The translations under genes and the position numbers were made by a program. The notes beneath the pieces are model-generated. The model was not told the origin of the DNA, searched no databases, and saw only the letters and a program-made list of their open reading frames with translations. Below are positions 6,822-16,324 of a DNA stretch of 64,000 bases, one piece after another (within the stretch, counting starts at the first letter, position 1; the number at the start of each line of letters is the position of its first letter). Source of the DNA: Nitrospirota bacterium (GTDB lineage Bacteria; Nitrospirota; Nitrospiria; Nitrospirales; NS-4); the NCBI GenBank assembly GCA_005877615.1, contig VBOD01000106.1, forward strand, positions 2,398 to 66,397, written 5' to 3'.

Positions 6822-8674
6822 GGCAGTTCCTCTAACACGCCGCGCCGGATGCGGCTCAGGGCTTCCGCCGCCACTGTGGCCAGGTCCGGATGCGTGGCCT
6901 GCAGGGAATGGACTTGGGAGAGGTATTCGAGCGTGCGGGACAAGAGCCGATAGATATCGCCTTCGGCCATCGACGTGGTGCGGCAGAGCTGCGCCCAGGT
7001 CACAGTGGTGTCGCCCACCCAGCGCTCCGCCAACCCGCCGACATCGGCGCGCAGCAGCGGGGGATCGTCGTACGGAGCCAGCGCTTCCGTCATCCGGCGA
7101 GCCGTGGCCACGAGGCTTGCCAGCGCCCCGGTGATGCGCGGGAAGGAGTCCGGCCGATCGTTCTCGTAGGCGATGCAGGCCATCAGGCCCGCCAGCGTCG
7201 CGGGCGTGACATCTTTGAACGCCTGCGCGCGGATCAACTCGGTGATCAACAGCGAGAAGTCGATCCGGATCAGTCGGGCCCATTCGCCGTCCGCGGTCAG
7301 CTTGAAGGCAGCGTCCAGGTACCCGAGGTCCTGGAGGATCTCCGCGCGCTCTTGGAACTTATGCCAGAGCCCGGTGCGCAGCGACTGCACGGTCCGCGTG
7401 TGGTGCAGCCACTCCTGCTTCACCGTGTTGCCGGCCTTGAACTCCTTGGCGCAGGTCGGCCGGCAGGGGCAGGTGGGGCAGGGGAAGAGGTCGCCGAGAC
7501 TCTTCACCAGTTCGCCTTCTCCTTCGTCCGGTGCCGGTGGAACCGTCAGGAAGGGTAGGTGCTTCGGCAAGTCCTCAAGCTGCTGAGTCAGCCAGGACAA
7601 GGCCTCTGGGGCCGCCCAGGGGAAGGCCGGGGCCGGGGCGAAGTCAAAGGTGCGGTCGATCACGCCCATGATGTCCGCTACCGGCGACTCCGCCACCACG
7701 CCGCCCGTCCGGAGGACGGTCACCATCTCGTGGCGCTGGCCCCGGCTCCGGTAGCGCCGGAGCACAATCCCGCGGAACCGTGGAAAGGCCACGACCCGCC
7801 CGGGCGTGAGGTAAGGGAGCCGCGCCCGGACCTCCGGCGGATGGTGGCGCCGCGCATGGAGTTTCATGGCCGTCTGCCGCGTGGCCTGGTCGTAGGCGCT
7901 CCACTGCGTCAGCCAGTCAGAACACTCGCGTGGCTTGTAGGACTCCAGCTTCGCGTGCAGCTTCTCGATGCGGTGCTCCAGGTGGGCGGCCTGGGCGTTC
8001 ATCTGGTACTGCGCGAAGCTCTTCGCGAGGATAGACTGGATGTGGTCCAGCGGATGCGCCTTGAGCAGATTGAGGATCATCGGGTAGGCGATGATGAACT
8101 GGCTGTCCACGGGTTCGGGGCGGCCGGTGAGTCCGCGAATCAGGACGCCGAGGTCCATATATGGAGAAGGAGTGACGATGGCGAACCCCACGCTGTCCTT
8201 GCCGCGACGGCCCGCCCGCCCGGAAATCTGAGCCACCTCCGCAATCGTCAGGTCGGTGAAGTCCTGGTCGCGCCGCACGCCTGACTGCGTGAGCACGACG
8301 GTGCGCGCGGGAAAGTCCACGCCAGCCGCCAGGGTCGTTGTCGCAAAGACGGCGTCGAGGCACCCGCGACGCATCAGTTCTTCGATGGCGATTTTCCAGG
8401 ATGGGAGGTGTCCCGCGTGGTGGGCGGCCACGCCGCAGGTGGTCACCGTCTTCCGCAGCGGATGATCTTGCAGGCTCGGGTAGCTGGCGGTCAGCTCGTC
8501 CAGAACCGCTGTGATGCTCTCCTGGCGAGCGGGCGGCAAGGAGTCGGGCGCGTGTTCGAACGCCTGCAGCGCCTCGTCGCAGGACCGGCGGGACGTCAGA
8601 AAGACTATCGCGGGTGTCAGCGACTTCTGGCGCAGGACCGTGACGAGGTGAACCGGATGGATTGAAGGAGGCAT
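6818..8674 (-). CDS. Ski2/HelY-like helicase, RecA2 plus C-terminal (DSHCT-like) half
   Basis: 618 aa beginning at the RecA2 domain (LTPAIVFLTSRRSCDEA). Motifs GVAAHHAGHLP, FATTTLAAGVDFPA and QISGRAGRRG are present. Also has the Cys-rich FPCPTCPCRPTC and a DSHCT-like end (MACIAYE...WAQLCRTTSMAEGDIYRLLSRTLEYLSQV). Confidence 0.8.
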   Translation of the reverse strand: MPPSIHPVHLVTVLRQKSLTPAIVFLTSRRSCDEALQAFEHAPDSLPPARQESITAVLDELTASYPSLQDHPLRKTVTTCGVAAHHAGHLPSWKIAIEELMRRGCLDAVFATTTLAAGVDFPARTVVLTQSGVRRDQDFTDLTIAEVAQISGRAGRRGKDSVGFAIVTPSPYMDLGVLIRGLTGRPEPVDSQFIIAYPMILNLLKAHPLDHIQSILAKSFAQYQMNAQAAHLEHRIEKLHAKLESYKPRECSDWLTQWSAYDQATRQTAMKLHARRHHPPEVRARLPYLTPGRVVAFPRFRGIVLRRYRSRGQRHEMVTVLRTGGVVAESPVADIMGVIDRTFDFAPAPAFPWAAPEALSWLTQQLEDLPKHLPFLTVPPAPDEGEGELVKSLGDLFPCPTCPCRPTCAKEFKAGNTVKQEWLHHTRTVQSLRTGLWHKFQERAEILQDLGYLDAAFKLTADGEWARLIRIDFSLLITELIRAQAFKDVTPATLAGLMACIAYENDRPDSFPRITGALASLVATARRMTEALAPYDDPPLLRADVGGLAERWVGDTTVTWAQLCRTTSMAEGDIYRLLSRTLEYLSQVHSLQATHPDLATVAAEALSRIRRGVLEELP

Positions 8675-8689
8675 ACGCTATCGGGTCGT

Positions 8690-8700
8690 ATTGTAACACA
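8690..8700 (-). promoter_or_regulatory. Candidate extended -10 promoter (TGTGTTACAAT) for the helicase genes
   Basis: The minus strand reads TGT-TACAAT, ending 15 nt upstream of ATG 8674. There is no SD before that ATG, so a very short leader is possible. No -35. Confidence 0.2.
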
Positions 8701-8764
8701 CAGGCCAGGAATGGCCGCGGCGGGAGCCGCTGGTCGGCGCAGGAGCGACTGCTACGGACGAGCG

Positions 8765-9355
8765 TTAGTCAGGCGCTCCGGACGATGGAGGCTTGACCGG
8801 GGCGGGGGTCTCCATGATTCCCGCCGCGATCGCCATGGCCGTCAGGCCAATGCCCAGCCACCACACGTACGGCTGGACGCCTCCGGCATCCGTAATAAGG
8901 CGGTCGCGCGTCGCTTCATCCAATCCGGTCCGCTGTTCAATCACGGCCAACGACAACTTGATGTGCATGTAATAAAGGTAGTTGGCGGCCACGGCGGCGA
9001 ACACGTTCCAGATCACCACACCGACCAGTCCGGCCCCCAAGACCATGGGCAAGAGCCCGCCGAAGAGAAACACGCCGGCATGCACGTACATCTTGCGATA
9101 GAGGTACCAGAGCCATCCGACGCCGAACGCCGGCCAGTGCCAGGTCGGCGCAAACCGCTCGCGCCCTTCCTCTCGAAACAGCCTGAAGCGTTCCAGGTAA
9201 TAGTCCGCGCGCGGGCCGATGAACTTCCGCCAGAACGCCATTTCGGTCAGGAGGGATGCGGCCGGCGCAGTGCCGCCGATGGAGAGCTGCTGCCCGCATC
9301 GGCTGCAATAGGCCGCGTCCGGCAGATTCTGATTGGCACAGCGGGGGCAGGTCAT
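8765..9355 (-). CDS. Zinc-ribbon plus DUF2628-like membrane protein
   Basis: Internal ATG at 9355 gives MTCPRCANQNLPDAAYCSRCGQQL (CxxC...CxxC ribbon). This is followed by YYLERF...WHWPAFGVGWLWYLYRKMY and TM helices typical of DUF2628-type proteins. Confidence 0.6.
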   Translation of the reverse strand: MTCPRCANQNLPDAAYCSRCGQQLSIGGTAPAASLLTEMAFWRKFIGPRADYYLERFRLFREEGRERFAPTWHWPAFGVGWLWYLYRKMYVHAGVFLFGGLLPMVLGAGLVGVVIWNVFAAVAANYLYYMHIKLSLAVIEQRTGLDEATRDRLITDAGGVQPYVWWLGIGLTAMAIAAGIMETPAPVKPPSSGAPD

Positions 9356-9368
9356 GCGCGAGAAGAGA

Positions 9369-9755
9369 TCAGGAAGATGCCGGAGTGGTTCCTTGAGGAG
9401 GGGGTGACGGCGTCCCAGTGGGTGCGGGAGGGGCGTCCGCGGGGCCCCCTCCCGCTTGAGGTGTCGCGCCCGCAGGCTTCGGCAACGCCGGCTTCTCAGC
9501 CTTGATGCCGCTGTTCCAGTAAGGGCCTTCGTAGGCGCCATCGGCCGGCGCCGCGGCCTTGAGGTTCAGTTCGTAATTGCCGGCCGCTTTGTTAACAGTC
9601 GCGCCCACTCCGACGATGTGGCACCATTCCGGCAGCCGCGCGCTGATCCGGCATTCCCCATTCTCCAGTTTCTCCATGTACAGGGCCACAGGATTACCCC
9701 GCGCGCCATTCGGCCAGAACTGGACGGTGCCGACGAACTCAACCTTTTGCGTCAT
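9369..9755 (-). CDS. Hypothetical protein with a Pro/Ala-rich C-terminal tail
   Basis: 128-aa ORF in the same-strand string, 13 nt from the next gene. The N-terminal roughly 80 aa look globular and the C-terminal roughly 45 aa are P/A/G/T-rich. No family recognised. Confidence 0.45.
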   Translation of the reverse strand: MTQKVEFVGTVQFWPNGARGNPVALYMEKLENGECRISARLPEWCHIVGVGATVNKAAGNYELNLKAAAPADGAYEGPYWNSGIKAEKPALPKPAGATPQAGGGPADAPPAPTGTPSPPPQGTTPASS

Positions 9756-9777
9756 CTAGAATCCTGCAGGGATTCTC

Positions 9778-10245
9778 TTACCACTGGCTCTGGGCGGCCG
9801 CGCGCTTCTTAGCGAGATCCTGCTGGTTGATTTCGTGACCCGGATTGATCATCTTGAACAGGGCGCTGCGGAACTGGCCCAGCTTGGCGGCCTGTTCCTC
9901 GGTGATCGTCACGATCGCCTCCTTGCCGGCTGCCTCGAACTGCTCGACCGCCTGCATGACGAACCGTCCCGCTTCCAGCACGCGCCCCGCCTCGAACGCG
10001 TCCAACGATTCGACCAACAGCGTGCTGACGCCCTTGACTTCACCAGGGAGGCGCTGGTCACGAAATCCATACACGGCGGTCTCATACTGACGGACCGAAA
10101 CCGGCTGGGGTTTGATGCTCTCGGAGCGGGCCTTGACCTGCTGGCGATACATGTCCGTGATAGGCCCCATCAACTGCTCCACCGCGGTGATGAGGGGACT
10201 GGCATCCATGCGGTCACTAAACACCATAACCTTCGAGGTTGTCAA
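9778..10245 (-). CDS. Hypothetical protein
   Basis: 155-aa ORF, first gene after the divergent AT-rich intergenic region. Composition looks coding. No family recognised. Confidence 0.45.
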   Translation of the reverse strand: MTTSKVMVFSDRMDASPLITAVEQLMGPITDMYRQQVKARSESIKPQPVSVRQYETAVYGFRDQRLPGEVKGVSTLLVESLDAFEAGRVLEAGRFVMQAVEQFEAAGKEAIVTITEEQAAKLGQFRSALFKMINPGHEINQQDLAKKRAAAQSQW

Positions 10246-10461
10246 CCTGCTTGCGCCTCACGTCCAGATTTGTACATTGATAATCATTTCGTACAAGACA
10301 GCACCAGAGGATCGCGACATTCTATCGGCACATCCCATGTGGGTTTAGATCGTAAGGGCTTTACGAATAACATGATTCAGCCTCGCGAAAATTGCATGGA
10401 AAAGACAATCTTGTCAGGAACATGAGTTGCATGACATGCGTCACAATGAGACTCAGATTTC

Positions 10462-10490
10462 TTGACAAGGGCAGGAAACTTCTCTACCAT
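10462..10490 (+). promoter_or_regulatory. Candidate sigma70-type promoter of the chemosensory cluster (TTGACA-17-TACCAT)
   Basis: TTGACA at 10462-10467, a 17-nt spacer, and TACCAT at 10485-10490. It lies in the only long AT-rich intergenic region upstream of the cluster. Confidence 0.4.
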
Positions 10491-10574
10491 TTCTTTTCGC
10501 TATGATGAAGCGGGGTTAGCATTCATCTCCTGAAATTCAGACCGCGGGAGTTGAGTGCAAGGAGGCATGTCACA

Positions 10575-10937
10575 ATGAGCAAGATCGTGATCGTGGACGA
10601 CGTCTATTCAGAAGTGCAACTCATTGAAGGCATTTTAAAATCGGCGAACCACACGGTCGTCTCCTACTTGACCGCCGACAAACTGGAGGAGAAACTCGCC
10701 ATCGAGAAGCCCGACCTCGTCATCCTGGACGTGATCATGCCGGGCCGCAACGGCTTTCAGGCCTGCCGGGATTTGAAGAGTGACGACCGGTTCAAGAACA
10801 TCCCGGTCGTCCTCTGTACGTCCAAGGGACAGGAAAGCGACAAGTTCTGGGGCCAGCAGCAGGGCGCGAATGCGTACATCGCGAAGCCCTTTAAGCCGGA
10901 AGATCTCCTGGCGGCAGTCAAGAAAGTTCTCGCATGA
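10575..10937 (+). CDS. Single-domain CheY/PilH-like response regulator
   Basis: ATG 10575 lies 9 nt after the AAGGAGG SD. MSKIVIVDD...DLVILDVIMPGRNG...TSKG...AYIAKPF is a complete receiver domain. Confidence 0.9.
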   Translation: MSKIVIVDDVYSEVQLIEGILKSANHTVVSYLTADKLEEKLAIEKPDLVILDVIMPGRNGFQACRDLKSDDRFKNIPVVLCTSKGQESDKFWGQQQGANAYIAKPFKPEDLLAAVKKVLA

Positions 10938-10968
10938 CGTGGGCAGATCAACAGGTGACTGATCCTTG

Positions 10969-11481
10969 ATGGACCTTCCTGGTCCCCACACATCGGTGGT
11001 TGAGTACGCCAGCGCCGCCCCGCACGCAGGCTTTCCTTCACGAGTCTGCCTGATCACCATCTCCAACAGCCTGTTCGCCATCGACCTCCAGAGCATCCGT
11101 GAAGTCTTTCCGGTCGACTCCGTCACACCGGTTCCAGGCATGCCGACCGTCCTCACCGGAGTGACCAACCTGCGCGGGGTCGTGGTGCCGCTGGTGGACG
11201 TGCGCCCACTCCTCGGCCTGCAATATTCCGGCGCGCCCCTGAAGTACGCTGTGGTCATCCACCATGGCGGCAACCAGGTAGGTGTGCTCGTCGATCAGAT
11301 CCCGGAGATCAGGACCGTGCAGTCCGACCAATTCCTGCCGGCGCCACAGACCGGCCAGGAGAAAGCGCGCCCGTTTGTTTCGACCATTCTTCGAATCGAA
11401 GAGCGGTTGGGTGGGCTGCTGCAGGTCCCGACTCTCCTCGCTCACATGGACATGACGGGAGCGGCCGGGAGGAACAAGTAA
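10969..11481 (+). CDS. cheW: CheW/PilI-like coupling protein
   Basis: CheW-domain signature [49 protein letters not shown]. The ORF track starts at TTG 10966 and the adjacent ATG is at 10969. Confidence 0.85.
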   Translation: MDLPGPHTSVVEYASAAPHAGFPSRVCLITISNSLFAIDLQSIREVFPVDSVTPVPGMPTVLTGVTNLRGVVVPLVDVRPLLGLQYSGAPLKYAVVIHHGGNQVGVLVDQIPEIRTVQSDQFLPAPQTGQEKARPFVSTILRIEERLGGLLQVPTLLAHMDMTGAAGRNK

Positions 11482-11498
11482 GGAGGCGTCTCATAGCC

Positions 11499-13373
11499 AT
11501 GCCAATGCTCTTGGACAGATTCAAGAACTTCAAGACCATGACCAAGCTGATGGTGGGATTCTCGATCATCGGCGTCGTCATCGCGATCGTGGGTTTCCTG
11601 GGGGTATTCGGCCTTCAACAGGTACGGGAGAAGCTCCGGGTCGTGTACGACAACTCAACGCAAAGCTTGGCCGCACTCGCTTCAGCCGCCAACAGCCTGG
11701 GTCTGTACCACGACTCGCTCCTCGAAGCCAGTCGGGCACGGACCAAAGTGGAGTTCGACGTCGTCGTCAAGCCTCTTGACACCCGGAAAAGCGGCACGCT
11801 CGAGCCGATCACGGGCCTGGCCGGCGGTCAGCTTCGGGTCTCCAAAAGCGGCCGGGACGAATCGAGAGACCAGCAGGCCCTCCAGGACGCCTTGAACGCT
11901 TACTTCAAGGCGGCCGACGGCGTACTGAGCACGGTGCAGGATAGTCTGAACCCGAACTACTCGGAAGAGCAACGCGAATTGTTCAAGGAACTGGCCGCTA
12001 CCTCTGTCACGACGGACGTGGCTTCTAGGTATTCAGACGCCACCAAAAAGCTCGGAGAGATGGTGATCTCCGCCCGCGAGGTCGCGAAAGACCTGAACGA
12101 CGAGGGTCAGGCGGTGGCGCGGAAGCAAACGATCTATGTCATCGGCGGCGCGTTCCTTGCCATCGTCTTGGGAGTGAGCTTCGGGTATCTGGTTGCCCGC
12201 TTCCTGGCGAAGGGCGTGACCCACATCGCGGAGGTCGCCATGCAGGCCGCCTCTGGGCGCCTCCAGGCGCGTGCCAAACTGGACACGGAGGACGAGCTGG
12301 GCCAGATGGCCAAGGCGTTCAATACCATGCTCGACCGGATCACCAGCTTGGTCCAGAGCGAAGCCGAACGCAAATCGATGCAGAAGCGCACGATGGAGTT
12401 CCTCAAGCTGGTGTCGGAAGTCAGCAAAGGGGACCTGACCCGGCGCGGCGAGGTGACCGCCGACATGTTCGGAAACCTAGCCGACGCGTTCAATCTCATG
12501 TTGGACCGGTTCAGCAAGCTGCTGGGCCAGGTGAACGAAGCCGCCGTCCGCGTCAACGAGTCCGCGCGAGGGATGCGGGGCATGGCCGGCCAGATGGCCA
12601 CGATGTCCCAGCAACAGGAGCAGGAATCCACGCAGACCCTGGCCGCCGTCGAAGGTCTGGCAACGGCCATGCGGCAGGTCGCCTCGACGGCGGGCACCTC
12701 CTCTGAAAGCGCCCAGCAGGCTCTGACCGCAACAGAGAAAGGCCGACTCGCCGTACAGGAAACCGTGCAAGGCATGCAGAGCATCCGGGCGGCAGTACAG
12801 CGCATGGCGAAACAGGTGAAAGGGCTGGGCGACCGCTCCCTGGAAATTTCACACATCGTGTCCACGATCCGAGAAATTGCCGCCCAGACAAATCTATTAG
12901 CGCTCAACGCCGCCATCGAGGCAGCCGGCGCCGGAGAGGCCGGCGCACGGTTCGCGGTCGTCGCCGACCAGGTGAGAAAACTTGCGGAAAGCACGACCCA
13001 GGCCGCCCGCGAAATCACCGACCTTGTGACGGTCATCCAGACGGAGACCCAGGCCACTGTCGTCGCGATGGAACAGGAAACTCAAGCCGTGGAAGCCGGG
13101 TCGGCGTCGGCCATGAAATCCGGCGACGTGTTCAAAGAGATTTCGGAGATCGCCAAGAAGTCCGCAGAGCTCGCGCAGACCATCGCGGAATCCTCCATGC
13201 AACAGACCGCCGCGACCGAAGGCGTGACGGAAGCGATTCACCGGTTCGCCACCGGCGCCAGCACGACCCGGAAAGCGGCCGAAGAAACGCGACACACGGT
13301 GGAAGACCTAGCCAAGCTGGCGGCAGGGTTGACGGCCTCGGTCGGTCAATTCAAGCTGGCGCAAGCCGCATAA
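11499..13373 (+). CDS. Methyl-accepting chemotaxis protein (PilJ-like: N-terminal helical sensor, TM, HAMP, signalling domain)
   Basis: 624 aa with an AAGGAGG SD. HAMP ([11 protein letters not shown]) and the highly conserved MCP hairpin region ([41 protein letters not shown]). Confidence 0.9.
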   Translation: MPMLLDRFKNFKTMTKLMVGFSIIGVVIAIVGFLGVFGLQQVREKLRVVYDNSTQSLAALASAANSLGLYHDSLLEASRARTKVEFDVVVKPLDTRKSGTLEPITGLAGGQLRVSKSGRDESRDQQALQDALNAYFKAADGVLSTVQDSLNPNYSEEQRELFKELAATSVTTDVASRYSDATKKLGEMVISAREVAKDLNDEGQAVARKQTIYVIGGAFLAIVLGVSFGYLVARFLAKGVTHIAEVAMQAASGRLQARAKLDTEDELGQMAKAFNTMLDRITSLVQSEAERKSMQKRTMEFLKLVSEVSKGDLTRRGEVTADMFGNLADAFNLMLDRFSKLLGQVNEAAVRVNESARGMRGMAGQMATMSQQQEQESTQTLAAVEGLATAMRQVASTAGTSSESAQQALTATEKGRLAVQETVQGMQSIRAAVQRMAKQVKGLGDRSLEISHIVSTIREIAAQTNLLALNAAIEAAGAGEAGARFAVVADQVRKLAESTTQAAREITDLVTVIQTETQATVVAMEQETQAVEAGSASAMKSGDVFKEISEIAKKSAELAQTIAESSMQQTAATEGVTEAIHRFATGASTTRKAAEETRHTVEDLAKLAAGLTASVGQFKLAQAA

Positions 13374-13414
13374 CCGCACCGAGAACGGTCTGACACCAGG
13401 CAGGCAGGAAAGCG

Positions 13415-16303
13415 ATGGCGTCCGATTTTGATCGACAGGCGCTGCTGAATATTTTCACCACCGAAGCCTCGGACGGCCTGCTCAAACTGGCCAATGCCTT
13501 GGACCCGAGGGACGGCTCGACGCCGACACAGGAGGCGTTGTGCGAGCACTTCATCATCGCCCACAGCTTGACTGGCGCCTCAGCTCTCTATGGGTTCACA
13601 GGCTGCGCCAGCCTGGCCAAGATCCTCGCCCGGATCCTCGAACAGGCAGGCACTGTGTCGCCGGCGGAATGGCCCGGCACCGTGACGATCCTGCGCGATA
13701 TCGTCACGATACTCACAGCCCAGATCGACAACATCAATCAGAAAAGCACGGAAGACCCCACCATTTTCGAGGACCTAAAAGCCCGTTACACCCACCTACT
13801 GAGGGAGTTCGAACCGACGCCGCCCAGCGCCGAGCCTGCACCGGAAGAAGCCTCGCTGCCAGACAGTTACTTCCGGCCGGACTTGGAAGCTGAAATCCTG
13901 GAGTACTTCGTTCCTGAAGCCCAGGAGTACTTGGAAGCCATTTCTTCCTGCCTGCTGCGAATGGAGAAGGATCCGGCAAACACGGACACGATCCACCAAT
14001 TGTTCCGTGCGGCGCATACCCTCAAGGGGTCCGCGTACACGGTCGGATTCCAGGCCATCGGGGATCTGACCCATCACCTGGAAGACATCATGGGCGCGAT
14101 CCGTGACGGGAAGATGCAGGTCACGGCAGAATTGACGGACCTGTTCTTCCACGCCGTGGATGAAGTCCGCCTCCTCCTGGGACGAGACCCGACCAAGCTG
14201 CCGCAGATCCGACAGGAGTTCTCGCCCCTCCAGCAACGACTCCAGCAGACGGCCGTCGGCCAGGCTGAGAAAGCGCCAGCCCCGCCCGTGGTCACGCCGA
14301 CGACCGCGCTCACAGAGACCAAGCCACGTCGCGAAGAGTTTCCCGTCGCGGATCCTGCGACGGCGGAGCCCCCAGCTCCGGCGGCCGCGGAACCGGTAAC
14401 ACTCCCGCAACCTGTCGGCGCGAAAGAGGTAAGCCAGGGAACAGTCCGGGTCAGCCGGGACCGTCTGGAGAGGCTGTTGAATCTGGTCGGCGAATTGGTC
14501 ATCGGGCGCGGCCGCTTGGAACAACGGTTGACGGTCCTCGAACAGTTGGCGCGCCAGGTACAGACGTATAAGAACCGGATGCTCGAAACGGTCCGGGCGT
14601 TTGAGCAGAAGCATGCCTTCACCTTGCCTGCGGCCACAGGCACCGGCGAGGGCAGCCAGTCTCCGCTCGGCCTGTCGGCCAACTTCGGCGCGCTCGAGTT
14701 CGACAAGTACGACGACTTCAACATCTTGGCGCGCCGCATGACCGAGGTATCGGCCGACGTCAGCGAGGTGATGGCCCAACTCAGCACCTCGATCCACAAA
14801 GCCCGCGAGGACATGGGCCTGATCCAGCAGATGACCACCGACCTGCGCGATGAGATTGCCCGTACCCGGATGGTCCCCATCGGCTCGCTGTTCACGCGGT
14901 TTCAGAAGGCGGTCCGCGAAATGGCGCGGACGGTCGGCAAGGACGTCGAGGTGGTCTTCTCCGGAGACAGCACCGAGGTGGACGCCGGAGTCGTCCAGCG
15001 GCTGGCCGAGCCGTTAATCCATATGATGCGGAACGCCGTGGCCCACGGCATCGAACCCCCGGCAGTCCGCAAGGCCGCCGGCAAGCCCGAGAAGGGCACG
15101 GTGTACCTCCACGCCTTCAACCAGCACAATACGATCGTGATCGAGATCGAGGATGATGGCGCTGGGCTGAACATCGAAAAGATCAAGGCGAAGGCGATCG
15201 CGTTGGGTCTGGTGCGCCCCGAGCGGGCCGCGGAGATGCCCTCCGCCGATTTGATCGAGCTGATCTACCTCCCGGGCTTCTCGACGTCGGAAGAAGTTGG
15301 CGATCAGGCGGGCCGTGGCATCGGCATGGACGTGATCAGACGCGCCGTCACCGACCTCAACGGGCAGATCGATATCGAAACCGAGCCTGGGGTCGGCACG
15401 AAATTCACCCTGACCCTCCCGCTCACCATGCTCATTTCAACCGCGCTGATGGTCCGGGCCGGAGACCAGCAGTACGCGATGCCGCTCCCCGCAATCCGGG
15501 AAGTCATCGTGCCGCCCCCCGGGGCCATGAATGACGTCAGCGGACGTGCCGTCCTGCAGATCGGAGAAGGGGAGGCCCTCGAAGTGTTCCCCCTCACGCT
15601 TTTGCTGGGAGTCGAGACGACGCCACGCGCAGGCCCTGTTCCGGTGGTGGTGCTCCGCACGCCCAAGGGCGTGGTGGGCATCGCGGTGGACGAACTGCTG
15701 GGCCTGCAAGAAATCGTCATCAAGACCCTCGGCTCGCTCAGGCTCTTTCAAGGCTCCTGCTACAGCGGGGCGACCATTGATCCGGAAGGCCGGGTCGTCC
15801 TGGTCGTGGATGTGCCCAGCCTGTTCAAACGGGAGGGCGAGAAGGCTTTCCCCGAGGTTCATCCGTTGCCTGAACCGCTGCGGTTGGAAGCGGCGGGAGG
15901 CCCCCAGGCCGAGCAGGAGAACGTCGGGATCCTCCTGGTCGACGACTCGCTGAGCGTCCGGAAATTTATCGGACGCATGCTGGAGGCGGCGGGCTACAAG
16001 GTGCAAACGGCCTCCGATGGCGAGGAAGGGCTACGAAAAGCCACCGCCACATCATTCCAGGTGATCATTGCAGACCTGGAAATGCCGAAAATGAACGGCT
16101 ATGAGCTCATCCAGTGCCTTCGCGACCGGCCCGAAACGAGGTCCACACCGATCATTGTGCTGACGACCCGGGCCGGCGAGAAGCACCGCCAGATGGCCCA
16201 GAGCCTGGGGGTTTCCTCGTACCTCACCAAGCCTGTCGAGGAACGGGCCCTCATCAAGGAGATCAGCCAGTTTGTGAGCGCACCCACAGCGGCGAAACCG
16301 TAA
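13415..16303 (+). CDS. cheA: Hybrid CheA/ChpA-like histidine kinase (2 Hpt, dimerisation, HATPase, CheW and REC domains)
   Basis: 962 aa. Hpt motifs AHSLTGASA and AHTLKGSAY. Kinase boxes HMMRNAVAHGIE, DDGAGL and GRGIGMDV. A CheW-like domain is followed by a C-terminal receiver (ILLVDDS...IIADLEMPKMNG...LTKP). Confidence 0.9.
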   Translation: MASDFDRQALLNIFTTEASDGLLKLANALDPRDGSTPTQEALCEHFIIAHSLTGASALYGFTGCASLAKILARILEQAGTVSPAEWPGTVTILRDIVTILTAQIDNINQKSTEDPTIFEDLKARYTHLLREFEPTPPSAEPAPEEASLPDSYFRPDLEAEILEYFVPEAQEYLEAISSCLLRMEKDPANTDTIHQLFRAAHTLKGSAYTVGFQAIGDLTHHLEDIMGAIRDGKMQVTAELTDLFFHAVDEVRLLLGRDPTKLPQIRQEFSPLQQRLQQTAVGQAEKAPAPPVVTPTTALTETKPRREEFPVADPATAEPPAPAAAEPVTLPQPVGAKEVSQGTVRVSRDRLERLLNLVGELVIGRGRLEQRLTVLEQLARQVQTYKNRMLETVRAFEQKHAFTLPAATGTGEGSQSPLGLSANFGALEFDKYDDFNILARRMTEVSADVSEVMAQLSTSIHKAREDMGLIQQMTTDLRDEIARTRMVPIGSLFTRFQKAVREMARTVGKDVEVVFSGDSTEVDAGVVQRLAEPLIHMMRNAVAHGIEPPAVRKAAGKPEKGTVYLHAFNQHNTIVIEIEDDGAGLNIEKIKAKAIALGLVRPERAAEMPSADLIELIYLPGFSTSEEVGDQAGRGIGMDVIRRAVTDLNGQIDIETEPGVGTKFTLTLPLTMLISTALMVRAGDQQYAMPLPAIREVIVPPPGAMNDVSGRAVLQIGEGEALEVFPLTLLLGVETTPRAGPVPVVVLRTPKGVVGIAVDELLGLQEIVIKTLGSLRLFQGSCYSGATIDPEGRVVLVVDVPSLFKREGEKAFPEVHPLPEPLRLEAAGGPQAEQENVGILLVDDSLSVRKFIGRMLEAAGYKVQTASDGEEGLRKATATSFQVIIADLEMPKMNGYELIQCLRDRPETRSTPIIVLTTRAGEKHRQMAQSLGVSSYLTKPVEERALIKEISQFVSAPTAAKP

Positions 16304-16324
16304 TCGCCGTGTAACGAGAGTCGC

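Noticed and set aside
6822-7283. N-terminal 154-codon extension of the RecA1 helicase ORF (ORF-track start at 7283)
   Set aside because: The extension lies entirely inside the upstream helicase-half gene in another frame and translates to R/G/P-rich sequence. GTG 6821, overlapping the upstream stop, is the natural start.
8711-9505. 264-aa plus-strand ORF overlapping the zinc-ribbon/DUF2628-like gene
   Set aside because: The opposite-strand gene has a clean CxxC...CxxC ribbon and TM helices. The plus-strand translation is R/G/P-rich, with no motif and no SD.
12134-13057. 307-aa minus-strand ORF opposite the MCP gene, and similar antisense ORFs opposite cheA (13796-14895)
   Set aside because: They lie antisense to genes with unmistakable MCP/CheA signatures, and their Ser/Ala/Arg-rich composition is typical of GC-rich antisense frames.
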